The notes under the pieces were generated by a model. It was not told where the DNA came from, made no database searches, and was given only the letters and a program-made list of their open reading frames with translations. A stretch of 64,000 nucleotides of DNA. Origin: Raillietiella orientalis (Eukaryota). Both the position numbers and the translations under genes were made by a program. The stretch lies in the NCBI GenBank assembly GCA_036172245.1, contig JAYWIR010000024.1, forward strand, positions 1,798,001 to 1,862,000, given 5' to 3'. Positions 11,801-24,849 of the stretch are shown here, piece after piece (within the stretch, counting starts at the first letter, position 1; each line of letters opens with the position of its first letter).

Positions 11801-13662
11801 AACTCTCAGCCGCTCTCGTTCAATACGCTGCCAAAAAACCCTCCTCACCCTTCACCCTCCTTTTTTTTTGGGGGGGGGGGGAGGCTCCCAAATGATGATT
11901 GTGCTTTGGGAACCAAAAAAAAAAAAGTGTTTGTGTTCTCAGGAATCATACCGGGAGAACGAAAGATTGGAAATTCCCAACTCTTATCTGGTTATCATCT
12001 CTATGTATAATAAACAGGAAAGAACATATCAAATTACGGGAACAAAGGAAAGCACAAAATCCATAAATATGCGAAGCAAGAAGATATGAAAGGAATAAAA
12101 CGGAACGAGTTATCAAGAATCCTTGCTCGGAAGAGCTAATGGCTCTCAAAGACACGCAAGCAAACGCTTTCCTGTTTCCATACCAACGGAACACTTCAAG
12201 CGCGTCCAGGTTTGCTTATTGGACGATCGTGACTCCAGCTTACTCGCGGCTCGTGTGACTCACATGGCATGCAGCTCATATGTCAAGCCATGTGGCACAA
12301 GTGCGTCTCCAAGACCTCTTTCTGCACCCGGGAGTCGGCGTCGCATCCAGAGGCATGCTCCGATCGCATCGCCTCCGGATCCCTTTTCCCTTAGAGGATT
12401 CGGGTCGACAGCGTGTTCCGGCCTCCCGGGATGAGTTCGGGGGACATCCCCCCTGTGTTTCCTCGGCGGCAACAGGGTCCTCCGAGGCCTCCGAGGTCTC
12501 CATCCCAAGGAGTAATTCTTTCCCCTTTTGCTGAAGAACCCTACGGATGGGGACGTCTGAATGCGCCAGATCGGGATCATCGAAGATTCCGGATTAGAAA
12601 CCCGTCATTTCTCTCGCCGTCCTTTCCTTCTCCCTCTGGATGATTTTGGAATCTCCCGCCCGCCGTTTTCTCGTGGTGTCTGCTTTCGTTTCGTTTTGCT
12701 CCTCCTCGACTGCGGATCTGCCTCCGGTTGGTACTCCGCTGGGCTCCGTAGACAGCCGAGTCGAGCTCCACTCTTTCTTGTCCCCTGCATCAGTACAATT
12801 GCGAAGATGCGGGATTTACGCGGATCGCACGCACTTCAAAAAGTCACACGCCCCCTTGCCAGGAAGCGCCCCTCGTGGCCCTCCTTCCTCGAAGGCTGCT
12901 TCGCTCTCATCGCTTCTCCTTCTTTCGCGATCCTCCGGCCGCTGTTCGGAGTTTCCCTGGTGGTCTTTCCGGAAACGAACCTTCGGATACCTCTGGACTT
13001 ATTTCTCTGGAGCACAAGGGCTGCTTCCCTGATCGATCGTCAAGCGGAAGTGGAGTCGCTGGAGCCGTTTCCCTCTTCTCGCGGCACGGATCAGCTTTCA
13101 TCTTCCGAATTCCTGCGACCGCTTCGTTTGTTTCCTCCTCTCTTATGAAATCCCTGAGGTCTCGGACTCGCGCCGCCATCTGTTTCTTTCTCCACTCACA
13201 CTGGCAGTTTTAGATCTGCCACATCCCTGAGAATCTCGTAGCTCGCGCTTCCGTTCCCCTGGTTCCGATCGAGTTTTTTTCGAAAAGTTTCTCTCGGGAG
13301 ATCTGGAGCGCTTCGACGGGAGAGAGAGAGAGGGGGGGGAGGGAGGAACGAATGGACCAGGTTCCTTGCTCCATTTCCTATGAACTTTCTCCTGCAAATT
13401 TGTTGCCGTCGTTGAACTCACTTCGCTCGAATTCCATCCGCGACTCCTGCTGATTTTCGGTTGACCACTTGGCGGAGAAATCGCAGCTCGAACCTCCTGA
13501 TGTCGACCTCGAACCTCCTCGCAGAGGCGTCGCAGCCGCGAAGGTCCGCGCTTTTCCTCCTGGCAGGAAACACATCCGCTCCCAAAAAGGGTCCCGTTCG
13601 TCTTTGCGAAGGGCAGTCGCGCGCTTACGGTTCGCCTTGGCTACCCTGTGACATCAGGGGGC

Positions 13663-13702
13663 TGTAAGCCGACGGGGCTTGTCCAAGCCCCGTCGGCTGA
13701 CA
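13663..13702. repeat. Inverted repeat, perfect 15-bp arms with 2-nt spacer
   Basis: AGCCGACGGGGCTTG-TC-CAAGCCCCGTCGGCT (13667-13698), extendable by TGT/ACA after one mismatch. Confidence 0.95.
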
Positions 13703-13759
13703 AGTAGGGGAAAGGGGACAACCGGTCCTGACGCGCGGAAGGAGTGAGAGGACAAGGGT

Positions 13760-14060
13760 GTCCTTCTTAACGAGCGGAAGTCAGCCCCAAGCAATCGCTC
13801 GATGTTTTTTTGCAACTCTCAGCAAAGGCGAACGGATCTCTGGCCGCCTGCGAGCAGGGGCTCCTGCCCCTGTGGCGTTGACCACTCTTCTAGAGGCACA
13901 TGGGCATTTTGCGACTTGCCTTCTAAGGGTTGCCAGTGGAGATCGCAAGCGCGAACTTGCTGTGCACACTTTGATATCGACTCGAACTGTCGTTGAGTGG
14001 TCATGCATCGATGGCGGCAGAAGGAAACGGGCAGCATGCGAATCAGGGAATCAGGTGTTT
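13760..14060 (+). mobile_element. Decayed zf-RVT-region fragment
   Basis: FATCLLRVASGDRK...DSNCR resembles the region preceding NSNCARC in the better-preserved copies. Confidence 0.3.
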
Positions 14061-15719
14061 GGGTAGGGGTTCACTAATCGATTCCTTGCTTCTAAGTTCT
14101 ATCTATAATGCCATTGTAATTCATATGGGGTCCCCAAAAGGCCCCCGTCTCCCGATCAATCGATGAGCGTAAGGATGTTCGGCATCTTCCCAGAGCATTG
14201 AAGAAAATGGAAAGTGTATGGAATGAGCGGTTCCTCTGAGTTATCCGAAGTTCCGGAAAATAAAAATTTGAATTTTACTGTTTCGGGTTGTTATCGATAG
14301 CATTCGAAGCCGAAAATCGATTCCGGTATGTATTTCTTAGATGGCCCTATTTCCGATCGGATACGTCAGAAGAGGTGACGCCTTCATTTGCTTTCCATAG
14401 GGTCATTTCTTTCCGCCTTCAACGTCAACATTATCTATTCAGAGATAGGGAAGCAGCGGTTATCTCTATGCTAGTCGCAGTAACTTATTCAAAACTTTCT
14501 CCATTCTTCGTGGGACCGTCATTTCTTGGAGCGGTTCTAGAGGGATGATGCTTTCGTTTTCCTTTGATTTGATTGCGGCCGCATTGATTTATGCATAAAG
14601 CGAGATACAATCTCTCGAAAGCCACATGCTGTATCGCCGTCGCCGCTCCCCGCTTTTTGCATGTGTTGCTCCTCACGGAGGTCTTTTCGTTCGCCTTTTC
14701 CTCCTCACCCCTTCGCTTCTCTCTCTCAGCTTTACGGGAGAATTTCAGGTTCTCTGAGGTTTAACGTCAAGATCTCGAGATGAGCTTTTTTTTCTTCTTC
14801 TTCTTCTTCTGTCCCTATTTACTCAAGGACGTTCTGAATGCACTTTTCAACGGAGCATAAAAACTCGCCGTCACGAAGAGCGGGAAACCGCCGTGCTCAG
14901 ACTTGCGTTCGGATTCAGCTAGGAAGAAAATCCGCGCCTTCCTGCTTGCCTCGCTCCGCCTCCTTCAGGAGTGGAAACGCCGAAGACCCGCTCTGCAGGT
15001 GAGGGCAGCAACCTTCTTCCATCTCAAAGGAGGAAGTTTTCTGCAAATGTCTTCGAGATTCGGAAGGGAGGGGGGGGCGCCACGGCCACGTCTTGTATCT
15101 TCTTGTGCATTTAAAACGAAGTGCTGACAAGATATCCCGAGGAACATCAATGACATCCCCTCGCATCTTTCCGTGCGTGAGGGAATCCAAGAAGACTCGG
15201 GAAACTGCGCAGGTTCCTTGAATCCAAATGGGTGGCGGAACGTCTTATAGCGCTTTCGGCGCCTCCGTCTTCCTTACTGCGCAGAGTGGAGGATGCGGAC
15301 AGGGAAACCCGAGTTTCGTGTCTTCGGAGCAGAAGGGCTCAGAGCGATTTTCGAGCCTTCTCTCAGGGGAAATTGCACGTTGGGGGCTTCTACGGACCGT
15401 CCCTCTCCCGAATGACGCATCCGAACTGCGAGGGTCTCGTATCCCCAGATGCTGGAAATCCATCCTTCCCCTCCCCGTGATCTGGAATCCCGTTCAGTTT
15501 CTGCAGCGCAGCAAGTGTCAGAGGTGCCCCCCGTCGTTTCCGCCACCCGCTGTTCCAGTCGGACGCTCGCAGGCAGGCGCTCATCCTGGCCAACGACCCA
15601 AGGTGCATCCCCCGGCGCGCGGCTGCTCTGAGGTGCTGCAGTGCACCATCGTGCTCTTGCGCACGCGAGAGGTCCCAAAGTTCTCCGGGCACTTCTTCGT
15701 TCTTTGATCTGACCCAGGG

Positions 15720-16020
15720 CTTCCCTCCGCCCGAGGCAGTTCATTTTTACGACAGGAGGGGAACCCGAAGGGAACTGGTGCTCCCTGATTCCCGGAAGGA
15801 CGTCAGAGAGTCAACTTCCAATCCCAAATCCGGTCAGCGGTGGCACCCGATTTCCACCAGTGCCACATCCGAATAGGCCAACCAGGATCATCTTGCGGGA
15901 GGACTCGTAACCCACGATGCACCCCCTGTCCTCGGTGTCTACCTTTCCCCCGGCGGAATTCGAACCCGCAACTCTTGGTGCCGCGCGGAGACCGCAGCGG
16001 CGCGGCTGCCAACGCGTTTC
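15720..16020 (-). mobile_element. tRNA-headed SINE-like repeat, copy B (empty site)
   Basis: Minus strand: A-box-like TGGCAGCCGCG 45 nt before B-box GGTTCGAATTCC (15955-15966), then CTGGTTGGCCTATTCGGATGTGGCACTGGTGGAAATCGGGTGCCACCGCTGACC as in the other copies. Confidence 0.7.
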
Positions 16021-17699
16021 TTCCGATGTTGCTTCCGCGTCGGTTCCTTCAACTCCCTCCCCACCTTCCCCTTGCCCAGCCAGCATCCTGAAACGCCGAG
16101 GAAAGGACGAACCAGAAGAAAAAGCGCTCTTCCGGGTAAACTTCCGAAGAGACAGAGGCGGAAGTGTTTTCTGAGTGAGGGAGGGATGGCTGCGAATCGT
16201 GGGCAGAGCCTCCTGCCGAGATGTTCCCTCTCTCCTGCGTGCGATCCCAGCGAACGTTCTTTTCTCCTGCGTCTCTCAGCCCCTCAGCGGTCCCATAGGA
16301 GCAGCCACCCCCGTCGTGCTTCCTCCGAGATCGGCGGCTCCTCTGCCCTTCTTCGGCAGCCGGTGAGCCCCTGACAAGCGGCCCGTTCTCCTTTCCTGTC
16401 GGTCTGGATCAGGCGCGCGCGCTGATGGGCGGGTCTTCGGGTGATCTGTAGAACGGTGCGAGCCCCTCCGTGCCAATTCGATTGGGCGGCGCTGGAGGTT
16501 GAGGAGTCCTGTGATGCTCCGTTTCCTCCTCTCCTTCTCCCTCCCTTCATTTCCCTCCTTCCTATTCCTCCTCCTCCTCAATTCTCCACCTCCTCCGGAT
16601 TTCTCAAGGGGAACTCCGAGGTCGATAGGCAGATGCTGAGGGACGAAGAGGAACCTCCCGGCACAGGTGCTGACGCGGAAAAATTCTGGATGGACTCCGC
16701 GGCCGGGCGGAGCGTCGTCACGCGGCACGGTGCACGCGCGCAAGCCTGCCCTCTATCTGGGAACCAAATGCGGATGTCTGGCTTGAAGCACAGGGCGGCT
16801 GAGTGCTCCATAAAAAGGGGGAATCGCCTTTTTCCTTCTTGTCCTCTCCCTCACCCCCCCCTCATTCTTCCGGGTGTTCGCATTTCGCAGCATGGGAGGA
16901 ATAACGAGAGATCGTCCGTCATTAAAAACGCCCGATGAGGATGAAGGTCCGGCACCACCAACGAAACGATCGATAGCCGCCGCCGTATGCGCCGCTGGAG
17001 ATGAGGGGTCCGTGCTCCCCTTGCGGAGCGGCTGCCTTCATCCGCCGTTCCATCAGGAGCCGCTTCGATCAGCAACGTCCGTCTGGACACTGGGAGTCCT
17101 TTGGCCGCGCGCTCTCGGGGAGGCTTCCAGCCCCAGCGGTGAACGAAACGGAGTTTCTTCGCCATTCGGAAGTCATCGCAGGCGTTGCCGCGCCTTCTGC
17201 CGACGGAGCCACCGGGAGCGAGGGTTCCTGTTCCTCTGAAAGCTGAGAGGGAGCTGAGGGATGGAAAGGGACGTCGCGGAGGACTCCGCGGAGTCGCTGC
17301 TCTCCTTTCGGCCTGCCGTTTGGCGCTCCTCGTCTCCCAGGATGGATCCCCCGTTGCGCACCCGCACGCGTGGTCATCGCGGGCTTCAGGAGAGGCGGCG
17401 GGCGGCCTTCCGCGGGGCCCCGTCCTTCTCTTGAGCCGGACTCCGTCCCTCCTGCGTGGACCGCGGGCCTCGGTGACGGCTCAGGTGGCAGCGCAGGGGG
17501 GCTCCCTCCGCGAACGGTCGGCCGCTGATTCGGGAGACGAGCGGGCCGTAGCCCCGCCTTCACCCGCTCCGTTCGCTTCCGGTACCGAAATGCTTCTTCC
17601 GACCTCCCCGGTTTCCCGCGGTCGACAGGCAGGCCTTCCCGGTTTGCGGAGCGGGACCGCTCGCGGTCGTCTCCGCACTCACCGTGCTCTTCGCGATGC

Positions 17700-18980
17700 G
17701 TCGAGAAATGGGCACGTCGAGTTCTTCTCGTAGGATGACGCTGGTTGGCCTGTTCGGATGCAGCACTGGTTGACACCCGGTCACACCGGGACGTTTACTT
17801 ATAAAAAATAAACGCTTATGGCAGGACGTTTGATCTTACCATATTACTTATAAATATGAGAGAAGGAACCTGCCGGGAACTGGCACGCAGGCAAGCGGGG
17901 TTCCCCTCGGCAGCACAGGAGAAGGGGGGAACAACAAAAATAAAAAAATAAAATAAAACAAAAAACATACAGTCAAAAAATGGGGAGTTTCGGGAAAGGA
18001 TCACTGTGTGCTGGAGGGTGGCCTCCGCATCCTTGTAAGGATGCCGGCAAGTTCCTGTTTCAACACTCCCAGATGAGACCATTTTGACGTTATCCTCTTG
18101 AAGAGTACAGCAAAATGGATGGCGTCTCTGTCGTTCCGGCCTTCTCTGGCGTTGCTCCATGAAGCCACGGTCCCGCCGCGTGGACAGGGTAGTGCTGCTA
18201 GGGATGCGGCCGTCGTGAGGACGTCGCGCAGGAAGAGGCGCTTCGAAACGTCTCTGGCGTTGCTGCCGGGGGTTCCAAGAGTGGCAGCAAAGAGTCCCTC
18301 AAGGGAACGGAGGGCAACACAGTCCACTAGGAGGTGTGGGAGGGATTCCTGCTCCCCGCACCTTGCACAATTTGAGTTCACCCCTTTTTCCCCGTGTCCA
18401 CAGATGGCGGCGGACGCTGCACGGGAAGTCTCAGTGCAGCAGCAGCAGCGCCGACTCCTGTCACTTTAAGGGGAGAGGGCGGTGCTGGTGGAAGCCGGGT
18501 GCCACCGCTGACCGGCCGGGATTGGAAGTTGACTCTCCGGGGTCCTTCCAGGAATCAAGGAACCGTTTTCTTCCGGTTGGGAAAATGGGGCTGGTCTCTC
18601 TCTCGAAGGGGAATCTTCCATTGCGTATTATGGAGCTGGTTGACACTCCCCTCGGGGTGTTCCCTTTCCAGAGGGTTAGAAGTGCGCTGCTTCCTTAGGG
18701 ATTCACCCTTTGAGTACATTTGGAAGCGTCCCTTCGGGACTCTCTTTAGAAGCGGAAAGCAAGGAGAGGCTCCCTTGCGGGTTCCCTCCAGAGAAGATTC
18801 AAAGGTCCCTCCGTAGGGAACAAGGAAGAGGTTCTCGTCGGGGTTCCCTCTTAGGAGTAAGAGGACTAAGGAGTAAGAGGAGTAAGAGAGTCTTCCCTCC
18901 GAAACCTTCCTGGATTCATGGGGTGGTCCCCTCCCGGGGTGCCCCTGTCCTGAAGAGTTAACACGTATCCCCACGTATCT
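17700..18980 (+). mobile_element. SINE-like repeat copy C (head eroded) carrying an antisense LINE 3' fragment
   Basis: Collinear with copy A except for 719 extra nt (17771-18489). Confidence 0.75.
17771..18478 (-). mobile_element. 5'-truncated L1/Tx1-like 3' end with intact CCHC zf-RVT motif
   Basis: ORF 18381-18001 NSNCARCGEQESLPHLLVDC (C-x2-C-x7-H-x4-C), then a T-rich 3' UTR; flanked by an imperfect 11-nt direct repeat. Confidence 0.8.
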
Positions 18981-19109
18981 CCACAGTGTTGAAGAGCCAT
19001 TAAACGAACGGTTCTTCAGCATCTGGATATCCCTCCCCCCTCCCTCCCCGCCCCTCGAAAAAAAAAAATCGCAAAAAAGGAGAAAGCAGGAAGGGAAACA
19101 GAAAAGAAG

Positions 19110-19500
19110 CTCAATACGATGCTTCGCAAGGCTTGATCGGCAGCTGTCCCGTGCCGACTCGAGATGCGTCCGTACCCGCGCGCGCACAAGTAGCACCCAC
19201 TTGGGCAAATGGGACAAACCCTCTCGCGATCACCACCTCCGCCAGCCCGGATGCCCTTACTGGAACCGTCGGATCCCCCACAGACGGGGGCTTTCGAGCC
19301 CACGCAGGCATCGTCCTCTCGATCGGACCTCTCCCTACCGCACCGAGGACTTCCGGTTTCTTCTGCTGGTTTTTCTTTCCGCTCTTCAAAGCGGCTCTTC
19401 CGTCTCCGGGCGTAACCCACCCGAATTCTCTTCCTGCGGAGAATCGGGTCGTTCCCGGAAAAGGTTGTGAGCTGAAGGAGAGGAGAGGAGGAAGGAATGC
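19110..19500 (-). mobile_element. Decayed ORF1 fragment
   Basis: KGIRAG (GIRTG-like) then HLPKWVLLVRARVRTHLESARDSCRSSLAKH (LPxxIxLxGxRxxxxYxGQxxTCxxCxxxGH-like). Confidence 0.4.
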
Positions 19501-20628
19501 GGTTCGGAGGGAACTGTCGGCAGGAAATCCGCCGTTCGGAAGCAGGGAAGGGTTGGATGCAGATGTCGGTTCCCGTTGTCACGGCGTTATCGCAAGGAGC
19601 GAACGCGCGTTCCTCTTATCAAAGCATCGCGGATCGGATCGGATCCTCCGCAAAGGATCCACGGACGTATCTCGATGTCTGGGAGGTTCAACAAATTGGT
19701 CCTCTCATCAATTTTCACCCTTCTCCCAGTCCGTTTTCTTGCCTTGACTGGATACGTCCAGTCCGTCCCCGCTGCTTCACCCTGGCCAAGCCAGCTCGGT
19801 CCGCCGACCTCTACGGAAAATCGAAAGGAAAAGAGACATTTCAGAACTCGGCGTCTTTTCTTGTCTCTCATTTCTTTAGTGCCTCCATGGCACGAGCAGC
19901 ATCAGGCATCCTTCTTCCTCCTGGTTGGCGCGGCAAGCGCCACTCCAGCGCTCCCGGAGCTTGCTTTCCCGCGCGCAGAACGCGGTTCTCGGATCTGCAA
20001 AAGTCAAGCCCGCTGGCGATCCCCGTATTCTTCGAGGAGCGCAGAAGGAAACTTCACCTGCTTTGAGGTTTCCGACTCTTTTCGCCCTTTTGGGGCGAAG
20101 AACCATCAAAAAGTGTATGCAGCCGGACACTCGCTTTACGAACCCCACGGGTTGGTTACATGTCGACAGTATGATAGCAAGACGCAAAATGTATATTTAA
20201 AACATTATATCAGTAGAATATCTATGATATCATTTCAGAGCAAAAATCAAAAGGAAACTTTTCCTGCTAGACTGATTCAGGTTCTGTTGGTCTTCAATCA
20301 AACGGAACATCTTCCGAAACACCGCCCGATCGTTCTCCTTGTTGAAAAAAGTACCTTCTTGCGCTACTTGATCCATGGAAGCTCCAAGGAGAATAGAATT
20401 CAACCTGCTTAAATCATTTGTTCCTGTTATTGTTTTTTTCTCTAAAAAACAAACAAACAGATGAACTGACTCCGTACCACCAAAATTTACCCACCGCGTG
20501 TTTGCACGGGGCTGATTTACGGCGTCGTGCACGGCTCCGCTGTGCCCACGGGTCGCAATGAAAAGAAAGAAACCGAACGAAGGAGCGCTCTGTCCACATT
20601 CCTACCAGGAGGGTGGGGGTGGGGGGAC

Positions 20629-20659
<31 letters not shown>

Positions 20660-23600
20660 AGACCGGACCGCTCAAGTCTTCTCGCATCAAAGTCTTCCGG
20701 AATTGCGGGACTGACTTTCCCAGGATTGAGCATTTTCGGACAAAAGAGGCGGTGCGGGCAAAACGGGGGCGTCCGTAGGGCGGCGCGCGCGGAGTCGCAT
20801 TTCGCTGTTTCCGTGCGGCATCTCGCGTTACTGAGTGCCCTTTGGAAAGAGCACGGCTGCGGGTATTCCTGCGGAATGCATCCTCGTTCCAAGAGATCCC
20901 AGGTGCATTTATCCCACGGAGGAGCATGGAAAAGCTTCGTTTCCCGAATGAGGAAGGGTGATCCTGGTCACGTGTCGCAGCACTCTCCGGTGCTTCAAGG
21001 GCGTTCTTTTAATGCTGCTGGCGGGTATCTTCTCCTTTCTATGGGAATTTTCCTTTGCAGAATCCTTACAGTTCCGATGTTCCCCTGCAGCTGTTCCATA
21101 ATCCAGCTAGTGCAACAGCTGTGAGGGAGAGCCTGAATGTATCCCTGGTTCCTAGCTTCCGTCTTGGATTAGCAGGGACCGATCAGTTCTTCTCCACATA
21201 CTACTTTGTGGGGCTCTGCCACTGAAACAGTTTTCCTTTGACCTCTGAGTTTCTTACCACCATCTATCTCACTAAGAATTCGTAAGGTGGTGCGCACTTG
21301 CAGGAATCTTCGTGGAAGTCGAAGTGGTTTTCCGAATTTAGCCAGGGACACTGCTCTCTCTTCGATTAAGTAAGAAAACGTAACACGATGGAAGCTTACC
21401 GTTTCTAGCCCGTCCTTCTCTTACACAGTGTCCTCAAAGGTGTGTGAAAGGATTTTTTCTTTTGGTTGCAGCTGATTGCAGACTGCAAGGGGTCCACGAC
21501 AGTCTGCACCTTCCATTTCGTGTTATCTGCATCAGTCGCAGTCCACCTTCTAATCAGCATCTACTTGAAAAACTTACTACTTTGCCCATTTGTCTCTCTC
21601 TCTCTCTTTTTTTATTTCAAAGTTGCTCTTCTCCGATGCTGTGTGCTCGCCTACTTAATGATTTACAGAGCTTTGGAAAGTTTCGTTCACTGAGTTCAGT
21701 CACTTTGCATTTGTGTTTTTTCCAAATCTCAAGTAATGATGCGATTACGAAATGAGGTATTTTCTGCAAATCCAACAGTTCTGTGAAATTATTCGTTGTT
21801 TTATGTATCTCATGAAGTTTTGGAGAACAGCAAGCCATTATTTTCTGCTTTCAAGGAAATGAGGAGGTAGTGGAGATTTTTTTTTTCTGTCCTTTTTCCT
21901 TTTGCCTCTCCGATTTTCACACTGAAAGTTAACGGTTAGCACTTTAAAGAGTCAGCATTTAATTATCTTTTTCACACCTGGAAACTGCGCTTCCTCTGTG
22001 ATTCGGTGCATAAATCAGACACCACGTTTCATGATGGGAAAACCATGGAAAATCTAAGCAACTCGCAATCCATCCTTCGGAAAAGTCGATTATAATAAAT
22101 GATATCACCGGAAGAGGAAATGGTGTTTAGGTCTTATGCTATTATCACCATCGCTGTTCCGTTTGAATGGATTCTGGATGAAGACTCTGGAAAATGATCC
22201 ACCAACCATTGTGATGTAACTGGAAGCAAAGCAATTTCATGATTTCAGGGAGGATCCTGTCCAACGGAAAGTTTTCTATGCAAACTTTCCTTCTTCTTTT
22301 TTTTTTTTTTTCCTATGAAAAAACAACAACTGAAACCAAACGTGACAAAAACGGAGTATGGATGGTTCCTAGGCCATGGGGTAACGGATCTTTCCTGCGA
22401 AAAGCTTCATCATCTTTTTCAGGTACTCCTGTCTTCCTTTCGGACTAGGGAATAATGCTTTGATATTCTTTTATCACACTTTTCAAGTATAAAACGGGCA
22501 TATTCCCAGGAATAAGTAAATTTTTATCAATTTGCTTGTAAGACTTTGCATGTAATTTACACATCATTACGCAGCCATCGCCATCATCATATGATCTTTT
22601 AGTGAGCAGGCGATGGAATCTACTGACATATGTGATACAGAGATTTTGTTCTCTAGTAAAGTTCAAAATATTCGTGTTTCCATGGATCATTCTCAATTTT
22701 CTTAGTATATTGCGGCTTTAAAGAGTACGGCGGCTTTTCAACCTTTCAACCTATGCCCTTTCTGGTCGGCCTTCAAGTCTTCAGCAACCTTTTTGAATGA
22801 AATTAAGCATTCACTGAATTCAAATAGAATGATGGCGAGCAATAGTATTGATAAATTATTCTCTATAGTTCATGCTGAGAGCTGCAAAATTGGATTCATT
22901 GCATTGCATTATTTAACTAACTCGTTCGTCGGGATAAAAATAAATTATATTAAAGAAAGTTTCGATCCATATTGCAAAAAGCTCATGGTACAGTAGGAAA
23001 TCTTGATAAAAGTTTATTGCGACTGCTTGATCCGAGCATTTATGCTGTGCAAAGAAGCTTCATCTGCAAAAGTTTGTTTATTTTCAAGTTAGGAAATCAG
23101 ATGGGTGAGGGTGAATGAATCAGTTGGCAATTTAATCACGTGCATGTTTTACCAAGATTCCACCTCGGAACTCCATTTACCAAAGACGCACGCTTAATCG
23201 TAATATCATATTAATACTAATATGGTACACAGAGATAGCGAAATAACAACAACCGCTAACAGTTGCTTTCATCACTACGGGGCATGCCCCGTACACCTCG
23301 AGTTCTCAAGAGGAACTGCTAATGATAACTTTTCTGTGTACCGCAGCTCACGTGCGTGGCAAATTTGCAACCCCTCGCTCTTGAAAATACTCTTGTCCAC
23401 TTTTTTTGCAAGAACTGGCAACGAAATTTTCGACGACATGGTAGATAATGATTTGTGTTTGAGTAGATGATACGCGCTATTTGATTATTCACTTAGAGTA
23501 GACATGGAACAATTTTCGGTAGGACAAGTTCCATGGCCAACAAACGGATTTACGACGATTGCTTTCAATGTAAGCTGCCTATGAGAGCATTATGCATAAA

Positions 23601-24849
23601 ATTGAAACATAAGTTCTGGGTGATTCCTCAAGAAAGAAGAATCCGCAGTACCTTAGGTTGTCATATTAATGAAAGAAAAGCTAACAAGTAGGGAACATCA
23701 AAAGAAACTGAGTTGAAAGATGAAACATAGTAGTTCGGTGCCTTCATCCACTTAAATTTGCACGTAATTAAATTTGATAATTGCATTTCCGGTTGATAAT
23801 CGGTCAGTTTTGCATTTTGAAAAGAATCATGGCTTCACACGTGATCTCCTCTAAGGAACTGTTCAAACGACTTCTTTTTTCATTTTTTTTGATTTTCCGA
23901 GTCTGTTTTTGACAGAAGTAGACAGAATGATTTCCAGCTCCTAATCATGCTGTCCACCTTTGCCATTTTTCACACATGTAATTATGTCTGCAGGTCTTTA
24001 AGATGTGTGAGAATTTGCAAGGGATTTTCAACACTCTTGCTTTTTTCTGAAGTTTGTTGCTAAATTGCCTATTTTAGATGATGCCCATTTTACTATTATG
24101 TTTCTGTATAGTATTCTTAACATTCTGAATTAACATACAGATAATTCAAATGAAATTCAATAGATTAATGTATAAATTCCCTTCTTAATACGAATAATGA
24201 CAATTTTGGTCGTGGTATGCATTGCTTGATTCCCTCTGAAACATTTTTAGTGCAAGTTTTCACCTTTATGTCGAAATGTTTCTTTGATGTTCGATGTATC
24301 ATAGGATAATCTAAACTTGAGCCATCTTTCATTTTATGTATTAATACTTGTATGTGTCCATGTGATAATCTCGATTTCCATTCTTCCCTTTTTGTTTCCA
24401 AAGTGTTTGTGGTGCGTTGTTTGAGAATGAAACATTGCTGCACCATACTAGCCTACGTAAAACACGATCCAAAGTTAGTTGCTATAAACGGCATTCTTTT
24501 TTTTTTTTTGTGAAAAGTATTCAAATTTTCAATTTTTCGAGGATATGGGAATCACTCATTCGAATATTACAACTGAGGTCAGCACAAATTTATGAACTCG
24601 AATCTTTCAATCCAGCCTTTCAATTTGTTTTCTTGGTTGCACATTTATCTGCCTTCGTGTAGCCCGTTCTCATTCATGTTAATCCTAGTTACAAAAAGAT
24701 TCCATGGCACACTTTAGATTCTTTGTTAATGAACCTCGGTGAGTCGATGAACATCACCAAAGCTGTGTATTGAGAGATAAGAAGCGGTGATGGTGCCATG
24801 GAACCGTCCATCGATAATCGCCGAGTTGATTAGAAGGACCCCAATGGGC

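Noticed and set aside
18945..19000. Hammerhead ribozyme (CTGAAGAG followed by a stem)
   Set aside because: The stem is not followed by CGAAA, there is no stem III/NUH site, and copy A has TTGAAGAG.
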